Source: Minisyncoccota bacterium
Lineage (GTDB): Bacteria > Patescibacteriota > Minisyncoccia > Phycocordibacterales > JACRKE01
Assembly (NCBI GenBank): GCA_041660505.1
Contig: JBAZWG010000001.1
Coordinates: forward strand, 541,776-605,775
DNA: 64,000 nucleotides
Direction: 5' to 3'
Shown here: positions 7,381 through 16,314 of the stretch, piece by piece
Numbering within the stretch: the first letter of the stretch is position 1
How the letters are laid out: each line of letters starts with the position of its first letter
Notes under the pieces: generated by a model
Databases searched by the model: none
Seen by the model: only the letters and a program-made list of their open reading frames with translations
What the model was told of the DNA's origin: nothing
Translations under genes and position numbers: made by a program

Positions 7381-7393
7381 GAAAAAGAAATTC

Positions 7394-8323
7394 TTATACT
7401 GCAATCGGGGCTTTGATCGGTGGGTGGGGGTCGTAGCCTATGACTTCGACATCTTCGAATTTGAAATCGAAGATGTCTTTGACGGCGGGATTAATTTTCA
7501 TCGTCGGGAGCTTGCGCGGTTCGCGGGAGAGTTGTTCTTCTACTTGGGCAAAATGATTTTTATAAATATGGACATCGCCAAAGGTGTGGATGAACTCGCC
7601 CGGCTGCAGTCCGGCCACTTGCGCCATCATCATGGTAAAGAGGGAATAGGACGCGACATTAAAGGGTACACCCAGAAAGACGTCGGCCGAGCGCTGGTAG
7701 AGCTGGCAAGAGAGTTTGCCGTTAATGACCATAAAATGAAAGAGCGTGTGACAAGGTGGTGGGGCAGAGTGGTGCGCCTTGACTAAGCTCTCGATCTCGC
7801 CGATGTTCCAGCCGGAGACAATGAGTCGGCGCGAAGTCGGGTCGTTCTTTATCAAATCCAAAACAAGTTTGACTTGATTGATGCTCCTGCCGTCCTTCGT
7901 CTCCCAGTTGACCCACTGCTTACCGTAGATTGGGCCAAGCTCGCCGTATTTCTTGGCAAACTCGTCATCATTCACTATTTTCTCAACGAACTCCGCCATA
8001 TGATTGGTCCAACTCTCTGAATAGCGCGGATATTTTTCTTCCAGATTATTTTTCTTCAAATAGTCGGCATAGGCCCATTCGTTCCAAATCTTCACGCCAT
8101 TCTTTGCGAGATACTGAATATTAGTGTCTCCCCGCAAGAACCAGAGAAGTTCGTAAATTATCGATTTTAAATAAACTTTCTTGGTCGTGAGCAGAGGGAA
8201 GCCGTCGGCCAAATTCACTCTATATTGATAACCGAAGAGGCTGCGTGTGCCGACGCCGGTGCGATCCGCCTTATCGGTACCATCATCGCGAATCTTCTTG
8301 AGCAAGTCTAAATATTGCCGCAT
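7394..8323 (-). CDS. thyA: Thymidylate synthase ThyA
   Basis: 309 aa. Active-site region [41 protein letters not shown]. Confidence 0.9.
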   Translation of the reverse strand: MRQYLDLLKKIRDDGTDKADRTGVGTRSLFGYQYRVNLADGFPLLTTKKVYLKSIIYELLWFLRGDTNIQYLAKNGVKIWNEWAYADYLKKNNLEEKYPRYSESWTNHMAEFVEKIVNDDEFAKKYGELGPIYGKQWVNWETKDGRSINQVKLVLDLIKNDPTSRRLIVSGWNIGEIESLVKAHHSAPPPCHTLFHFMVINGKLSCQLYQRSADVFLGVPFNVASYSLFTMMMAQVAGLQPGEFIHTFGDVHIYKNHFAQVEEQLSREPRKLPTMKINPAVKDIFDFKFEDVEVIGYDPHPPIKAPIAV

Positions 8324-8331
8324 AAGATTTA

Positions 8332-8931
8332 TTATTTTGATAAGTTAATAACTTCTTTATGTATCTCTTCGACGCTTCGCTCGCCATCTATGAGATATAC
8401 ATTTGGGTACCACTCCGGCATCTTGGCGTATATCTCGCCGGCTTTGCGTAATTTCTCGGTTTTCTCGAAGAGTTCCAGCTCGCGCCCATTTTTTGTAATA
8501 CGTTGCAAACAGACTTCTGGTCGTGCGATAAAGATAAAAGTCAGATCAGGGATGGGGAATGGCTCGTTGATTTGTTTAAGCCATTCAACATCCAGATTAA
8601 GCGAACCGAAGGCGACGGTCGAAAATAAATAACGGTCAGAAACTACCGTTTTGCCGGCATCAAGCGCCGGAATAATAACTTGCTCTACGTGCCACTTGCG
8701 ATCTTTAACAAAGAGTTCTTGTAATTCTTTCGGCGTTAGAGATTTCTTGTGTTTCAACACATCGTCAATCTCATCAGAAAAAGGACTTTCGCCACGCGAT
8801 GTTGGCTCCTCTGTCTGCAGGACGTCGTGTCTGTGTTCGGTAAGATATTTAATAAAAAGTTCGATTTGGGCGCTCTTGCCGGAGCCGTCGAGACCCTCGA
8901 AGACGATAAATTTCCCTTTTCTTGCACTCAT
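8332..8931 (-). CDS. tmk: Thymidylate kinase
   Basis: 199 aa. P-loop [16 protein letters not shown] region present. Confidence 0.9.
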   Translation of the reverse strand: MSARKGKFIVFEGLDGSGKSAQIELFIKYLTEHRHDVLQTEEPTSRGESPFSDEIDDVLKHKKSLTPKELQELFVKDRKWHVEQVIIPALDAGKTVVSDRYLFSTVAFGSLNLDVEWLKQINEPFPIPDLTFIFIARPEVCLQRITKNGRELELFEKTEKLRKAGEIYAKMPEWYPNVYLIDGERSVEEIHKEVINLSK

Positions 8932-8954
8932 AATTTTGATTGTAACAGAAAGAT

Positions 8955-9479
8955 GTGATATCGTCTAAGCATATGATAGTCTCGCTCATCGTTGCAATGG
9001 ACAAGAACCGTGTTATCGGGCAGTCGGGGACTTTGCCCTGGAATATCCAGGCCGATATGAACTTCTTCAAGACTATCACGATGCATCACCCGGTCATCAT
9101 GGGGAGGAAGACCCACGAGTCCATCGGCCGAGCCTTGCCTCATCGCTTGAATATTATCGTAACGCGCCAAGCGGGCTATCAGCCTAAAGGGAAAGCGGGG
9201 GATTCTGTGATTGTGCCGAATTTGGAAGCCGCCTTCGATTGGGCGCTCAAGGTAGAGAAGCAGGAGATATTCGTCATCGGCGGGGCAGAAATTTTCGAAC
9301 AAGCAATGCCAGTCGCCGACAAAATTTATATCACAGAAATAGATTCAGAATTCAAAGGTGACACATTTTTTCCTGAGATTAGCTCGAAAGAATGGGAGCT
9401 AAAATCGTCATCAGCTCTAAATAACGAATCCACCGGCGGGCATACGCTCCACTTCAAGACTTACGAACGAAGAAAGTAA
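8955..9479 (+). CDS. folA: Dihydrofolate reductase
   Basis: 174 aa. Motifs IVAMDKNRVIGQSGTLPW and VIMGRKTHESIG, plus the GG motif VIGGAEIF. Confidence 0.85.
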   Translation: MISSKHMIVSLIVAMDKNRVIGQSGTLPWNIQADMNFFKTITMHHPVIMGRKTHESIGRALPHRLNIIVTRQAGYQPKGKAGDSVIVPNLEAAFDWALKVEKQEIFVIGGAEIFEQAMPVADKIYITEIDSEFKGDTFFPEISSKEWELKSSSALNNESTGGHTLHFKTYERRK

Positions 9480-9487
9480 GTTAAAAC

Positions 9488-9520
9488 AATCACAGACTGC
9501 CGGATGACAGTCTGTGATGA
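9488..9520. terminator. Bidirectional hairpin between folA (+) and the GC-rich minus-strand gene pair
   Basis: atcacagactg / ccggatga / cagtctgtgat gives a perfect 11-bp stem. On the minus strand it is followed by a T-rich run (ttgttttaa). Confidence 0.45.
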
Positions 9521-9545
9521 TGCTGGGGGGGGCGAATCAGCTACA

Positions 9546-9884
9546 TTACAGCCTGCGAAGGGCGCGGTTGAGGCTTTTCATTGCCTCGACGAGCTCTTTC
9601 GAGAGGCGGTACTCTTTTGCCGCCTGGTACTGCTTGATCGGGACATCCAGCGCCGTTGCGATGTCCTCGACCGTAGTCAAACCTTTCGCCTTGTGGGCGT
9701 ACCGAGTTGCTTCGAAGGCGATGTCCTCGCCGGCGACGCGGAGTTTGACGAGCTCGTCCCGGGCTGCGAGCATCTGCTTGAAGGTGCCGAGGTCGTTGTT
9801 CTTTGTCCCCGGCCCAGCAGCGCCGCTTTCGCAGGAGTACACGAAGTCCTTGACGGACTCCTTGAGAATCTTTGTGTCGAACAA
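9546..9884 (-). CDS. Hypothetical protein, paralogue 2 of a tandem pair in a high-GC island
   Basis: 112 aa. Shares the block ..LRVAGEDIAFEATRYAHKAKGL..EDIATAL..QYQAA..ELVEAMKSLNRAL with the upstream ORF. GC content is clearly higher than in surrounding genes. Confidence 0.5.
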   Translation of the reverse strand: MFDTKILKESVKDFVYSCESGAAGPGTKNNDLGTFKQMLAARDELVKLRVAGEDIAFEATRYAHKAKGLTTVEDIATALDVPIKQYQAAKEYRLSKELVEAMKSLNRALRRL

Positions 9885-9894
9885 TCCGGCCTCC

Positions 9895-10242
9895 TTAGAC
9901 TAGAGCCCTGTCGAGGCACTTGATGGCCTCGACAAGCGCGTTCGTGACAGAGAAATTGCCCTTCTTCGAATATTGGACCATCACGACACCGACGGCCTCG
10001 GCGATCTCGTCGAGATTCTTCAAGGGCATCTTGATGCCCTTGGCCGTCTCGAACGGGATGTTCTCGCCGACGAATCGGATCTTGATGATCTCGATCCGGA
10101 TCTCGGCGATCCTGCCATAGGTCAGTATGTTGCGACTCCTGTCGCCGGGGATGATGGCCCCATCGGCCACCGCCTCGGTGACCCATGCCGTCAGCTCCTT
10201 GAGTTTCCTCGTGTCCACTCCTCCTCCTTCAGGCAGAGACAA
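9895..10242 (-). CDS. Hypothetical protein, paralogue 1 of a tandem pair in a high-GC island
   Basis: 115 aa. Block ..IRFVGENIPFETAKGIKMPLKNLDEIAEAVGVVMVQY..ALVEAIKCLDRAL is homologous to the 9546..9884 product. Confidence 0.5.
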   Translation of the reverse strand: MSLPEGGGVDTRKLKELTAWVTEAVADGAIIPGDRSRNILTYGRIAEIRIEIIKIRFVGENIPFETAKGIKMPLKNLDEIAEAVGVVMVQYSKKGNFSVTNALVEAIKCLDRALV

Positions 10243-10336
10243 TCCGCCCGCATCTGCTTAATCAAGATCAGCCTATAGGATTATAAGCTCCATGTCCATG
10301 GCCAACAGAACCCTTTTCGTGCTATAAATATGTTCT

Positions 10337-13300
10337 ATGGAATCAACTAAATCTGACGTCGCCAAGCGCGAGGAAGAGATACTGCAGTTTTGGCAAGAGG
10401 ATAAAACCTTTGAAAAGTCTTTAAAGAAGAAGTCGCCTAAGGGTAACTACGTTTTTTACGATGGCCCGCCTTTTGCCACCGGCACACCGCACTATGGGCA
10501 TATTTTAGGAAGCACAGCTAAAGATGTTATCGGGCGGTATAAGACTATGCAAGGCTACCATGTGCCGAGGCGTTGGGGCTGGGATTGCCATGGTCTGCCT
10601 ATTGAGAATATCGTCGAGAAAGATTTGAAGATTTCCGGCCGTAAGGCTATTGAAGAATACGGTATTGAGAAATTTACGGAGTATGCTCGCAGTAAAGTAT
10701 TGACCTACGTGCACGAATGGAAGAAGACAATCGATCGTATCGGACGCTGGGTGGACTTCGACAATTCCTACAAGACGATGGATAACAGCTTTATCGAGTC
10801 TGTCTGGTGGGCCTTGGGCGAACTGAATAAAAAAGGTTTGATCTATGAAGGTGTTCGCGTCTTGGCGTACTGCCCGCGCTGTGAGACGCCGATTGCCAAC
10901 TCCGAGATCGCAATGGACAATAGTTATAAAGACATCACTGATATCTCTGTCTACGCAAAGTTTGAACTAAAGGATGAGCCAAAAACATATTTCTTAGCGT
11001 GGACAACAACACCGTGGACGTTGCCGGGCAACATCGCACTCGCGGTCAATCCGGAGGTGGCTTATGTAAAAATTAAGCACGAGGGACAGTATTTGATACT
11101 CGCGAAGGAACGTCTGGTGAATACGATGAAAGATAAGCCCTATGAATTAATCGAAGAGTTTGAGGGCAAAACTTTTATAGGGAAAAAATATACGCCACTG
11201 TTCGATTATTATACACACACAAAAGGCATTGCCGATAATGAGAAGTCGTGGACGGTGCGCGGGGCGGAATTTGTGACCACGACCGATGGCACAGGAATAG
11301 TACATATCGCGCCAGCCTTCGGCGAGGACGATATGAATATGGCGAAGGCAGAAGGTTTGCCCTGGATCATCCATGTGACGCCGACCGGTAAATTTACCGA
11401 CGAGGTCACTCATTTTGCGGGCCAGCAAGTAAAACCCAAAGAGAATCATCAAGCCGCCGATGTCGAGATAATTAAGTATCTTGCGCATAATCATCTGCTG
11501 TTTGAAAAAGAAAAAATCATTCACTCTTACCCGCATTGCTATCGCTGTGAGACGCCTCTTTACTATTACGCGTTGCCGTCGTGGTTCGTTAATATCCAGA
11601 AAGAAAAATCTCACATTCTGAGTCGTGCTGAAGAGATGGCCTGGATACCTGCGCACCTGAAAGAGGGGAGGTTCAAGGGTGGCGTCGAGAGTGCGCCAGA
11701 TTGGACGATATCACGCAACCGTTACTGGGCATCGCCTTTGCCGATCTGGAAATCGAAGTCGGGAAAGGTTATGTTCGTAAACTCTCTCGAAGATTTAAAA
11801 AATAAGACAAAAAAGTCCGGGAATACGTACCACGTGATGCGCCACGGCGAGGCGGAAAATAATGTAAAAAAAATAGTCAGTTACGCTGACCAGAAAAATT
11901 CGCACCTCACGCCTAAGGGTAAAGAAGAGACTATGAGTACAGCAAAGACTGTTGCCGTAAATAAAATTACAAAAATCTTTTGTTCACCATTCACACGTAC
12001 GCTCGAGACTGCTTACATCGTGGCAGACGAGCTAGGAATTTCGCGAGACAACATCGTCACCGATGTTCGTCTCTGGGAACTAAACGCAGGGACATTCGAC
12101 GGTAAAAAATGGGCAGAGTGGGAAGTGTGGGCAAAATCACAGGAAAATTATTATAACGCAAGACCCGAAGGTGGCGAGAGCCATTTCGACGCTAAGAAAC
12201 GTTTCGGAGATTTTATCTACGATATCGATAGCCAGTTTCATAATGAAAGTATTCTTGTTGTAACGCACGGCATTGGGCTCGAGGTACTACCGGCAGTCGT
12301 CGAATGCGCCGACGGTGTGCGGTCTAAGCAGATTTACGAAAACACAAGTGAAAAAACAGGGGCAATGATTGAATTAGAATTCACTCCGCTTCCGCACACT
12401 GCCAACTATGAGCTTGATTTTCACCGGCCTTATATTGATGCGATAAAATTGGTTGATGAAGCAGGGGAAGAGTACACAAGAATTACAGAAGTCATTGACT
12501 GTTGGTTCGAGTCCGGCTCGATGCCATTCGCGCAAGACCATTATCCATTCGAACGCAAGAATTGGCAGAAAGAGAATTTTCCCGCAGGGTTCGTGGCAGA
12601 ATATATCGCCCAGACACGCACATGGTTCTATTATACGCACGCGCTTTCTACTATCTTCTTCGACCACGCACCATTCCAGAATGTCATCACGACCGGTAAT
12701 ATTTTGGCCGAGGATGGCCAGAAGATGAGTAAGTCGAAAGGGAACTTTCCTGATCCGGCTCTGCTCTTCGACAAATACAGTGTCGACGCATTGCGCCTCT
12801 ACTTGATGTCCAGCACGCTCATGAAGGGCGAGGATATGAACTTCTTCGAAAAAGGCGTAGATGAAGTAAATAAAAAGGTGATAATGCGCCTCGGTAATGT
12901 GTTGTCTTTTTATAAACTGTATTCTGACTTTAGCTCTAACTCCCAACTCCTAACTCCCAACTCCTCCCATGTGTTAGATCAATGGATGTTTTCTAGACTT
13001 GGTCAGCTTGTGACAGAAGTTACCACGTATATGGAATTATACGAGCTTGATAAGGCGACGCGACCACTCTTCGACTTCGTTGATGATTTATCGACATGGT
13101 ATCTGCGCCGTTCGCGCGACAGGTTTAAATCCGATGATGTTGAAGATAGGGAGGCCGCATTGCAAACTACTCGCTACGTATTAGAAACTACGGCAAAACT
13201 TGTCGCGCCACTTATGCCGTTCATCGCAGAATATATATATAAAGAGTTAGGGAACAGTGAGAGTGTGCACCTCGCCGATTGGCCAGGAATGGGAGATGGG

Positions 13301-13768
13301 AGTTTGGAGATAGGAGATAGGGTAATTCAAGATATGGTTCTGGTGCGGAAAGTAGCTTCACTTGGTCTCGAAGCGCGAGCAAAAGAAAAGATTGCGGTCC
13401 GTCAGCCATTAGCGAAGCTCGAGTTGAAAGATGCGACACTTGAGGGGAAGACGGAATTACTCGAACTGATTAAAGATGAAGTCAATGTAAAACAGATCTT
13501 GTTCAATAAAGAGCTGGAATCGGAAGTGAAGCTCGACACCGTGCTTACCGATGAGCTCAAACAGGAAGGCGAACTCCGCGAGCTGATGCGCGCTGTCCAA
13601 GATTTGCGAAAAACTAAAGGGCTTGAGCCGGGGCAAGTAATACGCCTGACTTTGTCAAAATCATATGAAACTCTCGCAAAAAAGTTCGAGACCGAACTCA
13701 AGAAAGGCGTTCGGGCAGAAAAGATAGTTGTGGCTGAAACGGCAGAAATGTCGCTCGAAGTAGTCTAG
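10337..13768 (+). CDS. ileS: Isoleucyl-tRNA synthetase with an inserted histidine-phosphatase (PGAM-like) domain
   Basis: 1143 aa. HIGH motif PHYGHIL, KMSKS motif QKMSKSKGN, editing-domain motifs and CYRCETPL all present. An inserted ~195 aa region (nt ~11819..12407) carries RHGEAENN, LTPKG, SPFTRTLETA, ELNAGTFDG and VVTHG, the hallmarks of histidine phosphatases. Confidence 0.9.
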   Translation: MESTKSDVAKREEEILQFWQEDKTFEKSLKKKSPKGNYVFYDGPPFATGTPHYGHILGSTAKDVIGRYKTMQGYHVPRRWGWDCHGLPIENIVEKDLKISGRKAIEEYGIEKFTEYARSKVLTYVHEWKKTIDRIGRWVDFDNSYKTMDNSFIESVWWALGELNKKGLIYEGVRVLAYCPRCETPIANSEIAMDNSYKDITDISVYAKFELKDEPKTYFLAWTTTPWTLPGNIALAVNPEVAYVKIKHEGQYLILAKERLVNTMKDKPYELIEEFEGKTFIGKKYTPLFDYYTHTKGIADNEKSWTVRGAEFVTTTDGTGIVHIAPAFGEDDMNMAKAEGLPWIIHVTPTGKFTDEVTHFAGQQVKPKENHQAADVEIIKYLAHNHLLFEKEKIIHSYPHCYRCETPLYYYALPSWFVNIQKEKSHILSRAEEMAWIPAHLKEGRFKGGVESAPDWTISRNRYWASPLPIWKSKSGKVMFVNSLEDLKNKTKKSGNTYHVMRHGEAENNVKKIVSYADQKNSHLTPKGKEETMSTAKTVAVNKITKIFCSPFTRTLETAYIVADELGISRDNIVTDVRLWELNAGTFDGKKWAEWEVWAKSQENYYNARPEGGESHFDAKKRFGDFIYDIDSQFHNESILVVTHGIGLEVLPAVVECADGVRSKQIYENTSEKTGAMIELEFTPLPHTANYELDFHRPYIDAIKLVDEAGEEYTRITEVIDCWFESGSMPFAQDHYPFERKNWQKENFPAGFVAEYIAQTRTWFYYTHALSTIFFDHAPFQNVITTGNILAEDGQKMSKSKGNFPDPALLFDKYSVDALRLYLMSSTLMKGEDMNFFEKGVDEVNKKVIMRLGNVLSFYKLYSDFSSNSQLLTPNSSHVLDQWMFSRLGQLVTEVTTYMELYELDKATRPLFDFVDDLSTWYLRRSRDRFKSDDVEDREAALQTTRYVLETTAKLVAPLMPFIAEYIYKELGNSESVHLADWPGMGDGSLEIGDRVIQDMVLVRKVASLGLEARAKEKIAVRQPLAKLELKDATLEGKTELLELIKDEVNVKQILFNKELESEVKLDTVLTDELKQEGELRELMRAVQDLRKTKGLEPGQVIRLTLSKSYETLAKKFETELKKGVRAEKIVVAETAEMSLEVV

Positions 13769-13771
13769 CCT

Positions 13772-14350
13772 ATGTACCGCGTCTACACGACGAAGGCAAT
13801 TGTGCTTGGCAGCAAGAACGCGGGGGAGGCGAATAAATATTACTTTCTGCTCACCCGCGAGCTCGGGCTCATCACTGCATTTGCGCAGGGAGTGCGAGAA
13901 TTAAAGTCGAAATTGCGGCATGGGCTCGAGCAGTATTCTTACGTACAAGTCTCGCTTATTCGCGGTAAAGAAAAGTGGCGGCTTACCAATGTTGCGCACA
14001 TGGTCGGCATAGAAGGTATAAAAAATTCTAAAGAAAAGGCTAAACTTGAGGCGAAGTTGTGCGCTCTGGTGCAACGCTTGGTGCACGGTGAGGAGGCAGA
14101 CATTGAATTGTTCGACGAGCTTGTTGACTCACTCAAATTTTTAGCGCGATGCGATTCCGATTTGCACGATTATGAACTGCTCGCGGTGCTTCGTGTGCTC
14201 GACCGGCTTGGCTATATCGCACCGCGCGAGGCTTGGCTCGCGTATCTCGATAATGAATTGTGGAAAGGTGAGGCGCTACCCGATATCGCCAAAGAGCGTA
14301 AGTCCTTGCTTCAGACTATCAATGAGTCTTTGTACCATAGTCAACTTTAG
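13772..14350 (+). CDS. recO: DNA repair protein RecO (short form)
   Basis: 192 aa. N-terminal OB-fold region pattern (AIVLGSKNAGEANKYYFLLTRELGLITAFAQGVRELKSKL) and C-terminal helical region fit RecO. Confidence 0.65.
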   Translation: MYRVYTTKAIVLGSKNAGEANKYYFLLTRELGLITAFAQGVRELKSKLRHGLEQYSYVQVSLIRGKEKWRLTNVAHMVGIEGIKNSKEKAKLEAKLCALVQRLVHGEEADIELFDELVDSLKFLARCDSDLHDYELLAVLRVLDRLGYIAPREAWLAYLDNELWKGEALPDIAKERKSLLQTINESLYHSQL

Positions 14351-14374
14351 TCCGGCGCGGTATAATGTATCTAT

Positions 14375-16288
14375 ATGACTCCGGATGAAGAAAAGAGCAA
14401 ACTTGAGCAAGTCGAGCAGACGCTTAATAAAAAAGACGACCGTTACTTCTTTCGCCGGCGCAAAGGTTTGGCCGCAGTGAAGCCCGTGGCGCATGAAGAC
14501 TGGCATGATGCATTACCCGAACAGGACATTCCTATGAAAAAACACACATTCGCAACACGCTTTTTTCTCGTTTCCCTTATCTTTTTTGCGAGTGCTATCG
14601 CGTTCGCATTTTATAAGATGCAAGGCGGTGGCAATCTGGTTTCTAATCAAAATATCGATATTACCGTAACCGGGCCTTTGAGTATAAAGGGCGGAGATGA
14701 AGTTCAGCTCCAGCTTCAAATCGTTAATAATAATAACGTACCGCTCGAAGTTTCTGAGCTCGTTATCGAATATCCTGCGGGTACGCGACTCTCTGATAAC
14801 CAGACGAAGGAGACAACAAGAGTGACGAAAAACCTCGGCGACATCGCGCCGCACCAGGTCATTAACGACACTTTCCGCGCGATACTCTTCGGAGAAGAGA
14901 AAAGCGATAAAGAAATAAAGATACAGCTAGAGTATCATCTGCCTGGATCCGGAGCTGTTTATACAAGGGATGTGTCTTATCATATTGTCATCGATTCCGC
15001 GCCGGTCACTCTTCGCATCTCGAGTCCAGATGCGGTGAACTCTGGCGACGAAACGACACTTAACGTCACAATAGATTCCAATACCGGCAAGCTAATACCT
15101 AATCTCAAACTCAAGATGAATTATCCACCCGGCTTTATTTTTACCAAAGCAACACCCGCGCCAATTTCCGGAACGACGAACGTTTGGACGCTCGGTGATG
15201 TCTCGGCAAGCTCTTCGCGCGATATCGTCATAACTGGCACGATGACCGGGCAAGAGAACGACACCAAGGCATTCCAAGCTATTGCCGGCATCTCCACAGG
15301 AGCGAACATAAAGAACGTTGATCTCGTTTATAATTCTTTGTTCCAAAAGATCGCTATCAAGAAGCCATTCCTTGGGCTCGCTATCGCGCTCAATGATTCT
15401 GTCGAAGATCCTTCCGTCGTAGAGGGCGAGACGCCAATGCAAGCGACTTTTTCTTGGGCCAACAACACGGATATTACCTTGACAGATTGCGCGCTCACGG
15501 TGCAGACCGGCGGCGCCATCGATAGGCGCAGTGTCAGAGTAGATACTGCCGGCTCATACTTTTCTTCCAAAAATACTTTAGTCTGGACCGCGAACGGTTT
15601 GGATAAATTCCAAGTGGTCAACCCGGGAGATTCCGGCACGCAAAATGTTACATTCGCTTCGTCGCCACTTCTCACGGATGGAGTGCCACTTAGACTGCCG
15701 ATGATAACCTTGCAAGGGACGTTCGTCTGTACGAAAGTCGGCGACAGCACAACGAAGGATTATCAACTTACAACGCAGGTCTTCCGAACAATAAAGATAA
15801 ATTCGAACGCACAATTCAGTGCCTCGGCGCGTTATTACACCGGCCCGTTTACCAACACCGGCCCATTCCCGCCTAAAGGTGACAGTGATACCACCTTCAC
15901 GATAATCTGGTCTCTTACCAATACGTCGAACGATATAGATAATGCGACGGTGACCGCCACGTTGCCTGCATACGCGAGCTGGGTTGATAAAACAGCGGGA
16001 GACGGAACGATGGCATACGATCAAGGCAGTAAGCAAGTGACATGGACGATCGGCACGCTTAAAGCGGGTGTCGGATACGAGAGCCCGGTAAAACAAACAT
16101 CGTTCCAGGTGAGTGTAAAACCGTCCGTAAATGCCGCCGGCTCGTTCGTTGATATTATCGGGCCGTCGACATTCGCCGGCATCGATGATTTTACAAAAGC
16201 GGAAAGGAAGAGTATAAAGGAGACTATGACCTCGGAACTTAAGTTCGATCCGGGCTTACCCAGAGACATGAGTGGCAAGGTGCAATAG
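14375..16288 (+). CDS. Hypothetical membrane-anchored protein with repeated beta-rich extracellular domains (DUF11-like)
   Basis: 637 aa. Charged N-terminal segment, one TM helix (FFLVSLIFFASAIAFAF), then Thr/Ser/Asn-rich repeated domains. Confidence 0.55.
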   Translation: MTPDEEKSKLEQVEQTLNKKDDRYFFRRRKGLAAVKPVAHEDWHDALPEQDIPMKKHTFATRFFLVSLIFFASAIAFAFYKMQGGGNLVSNQNIDITVTGPLSIKGGDEVQLQLQIVNNNNVPLEVSELVIEYPAGTRLSDNQTKETTRVTKNLGDIAPHQVINDTFRAILFGEEKSDKEIKIQLEYHLPGSGAVYTRDVSYHIVIDSAPVTLRISSPDAVNSGDETTLNVTIDSNTGKLIPNLKLKMNYPPGFIFTKATPAPISGTTNVWTLGDVSASSSRDIVITGTMTGQENDTKAFQAIAGISTGANIKNVDLVYNSLFQKIAIKKPFLGLAIALNDSVEDPSVVEGETPMQATFSWANNTDITLTDCALTVQTGGAIDRRSVRVDTAGSYFSSKNTLVWTANGLDKFQVVNPGDSGTQNVTFASSPLLTDGVPLRLPMITLQGTFVCTKVGDSTTKDYQLTTQVFRTIKINSNAQFSASARYYTGPFTNTGPFPPKGDSDTTFTIIWSLTNTSNDIDNATVTATLPAYASWVDKTAGDGTMAYDQGSKQVTWTIGTLKAGVGYESPVKQTSFQVSVKPSVNAAGSFVDIIGPSTFAGIDDFTKAERKSIKETMTSELKFDPGLPRDMSGKVQ

Positions 16289-16314
16289 TCTAACAGAATT
16301 AAAGAATTTAGGAA

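Noticed and set aside
9677-10186. 169-aa Arg-rich minus-strand ORF in the high-GC island
   Set aside because: It is an alternative frame of the two paralogous genes. Its RRGRR-type low-complexity composition is typical of GC-rich off-frames. The two paralogues support each other's frame by mutual homology.
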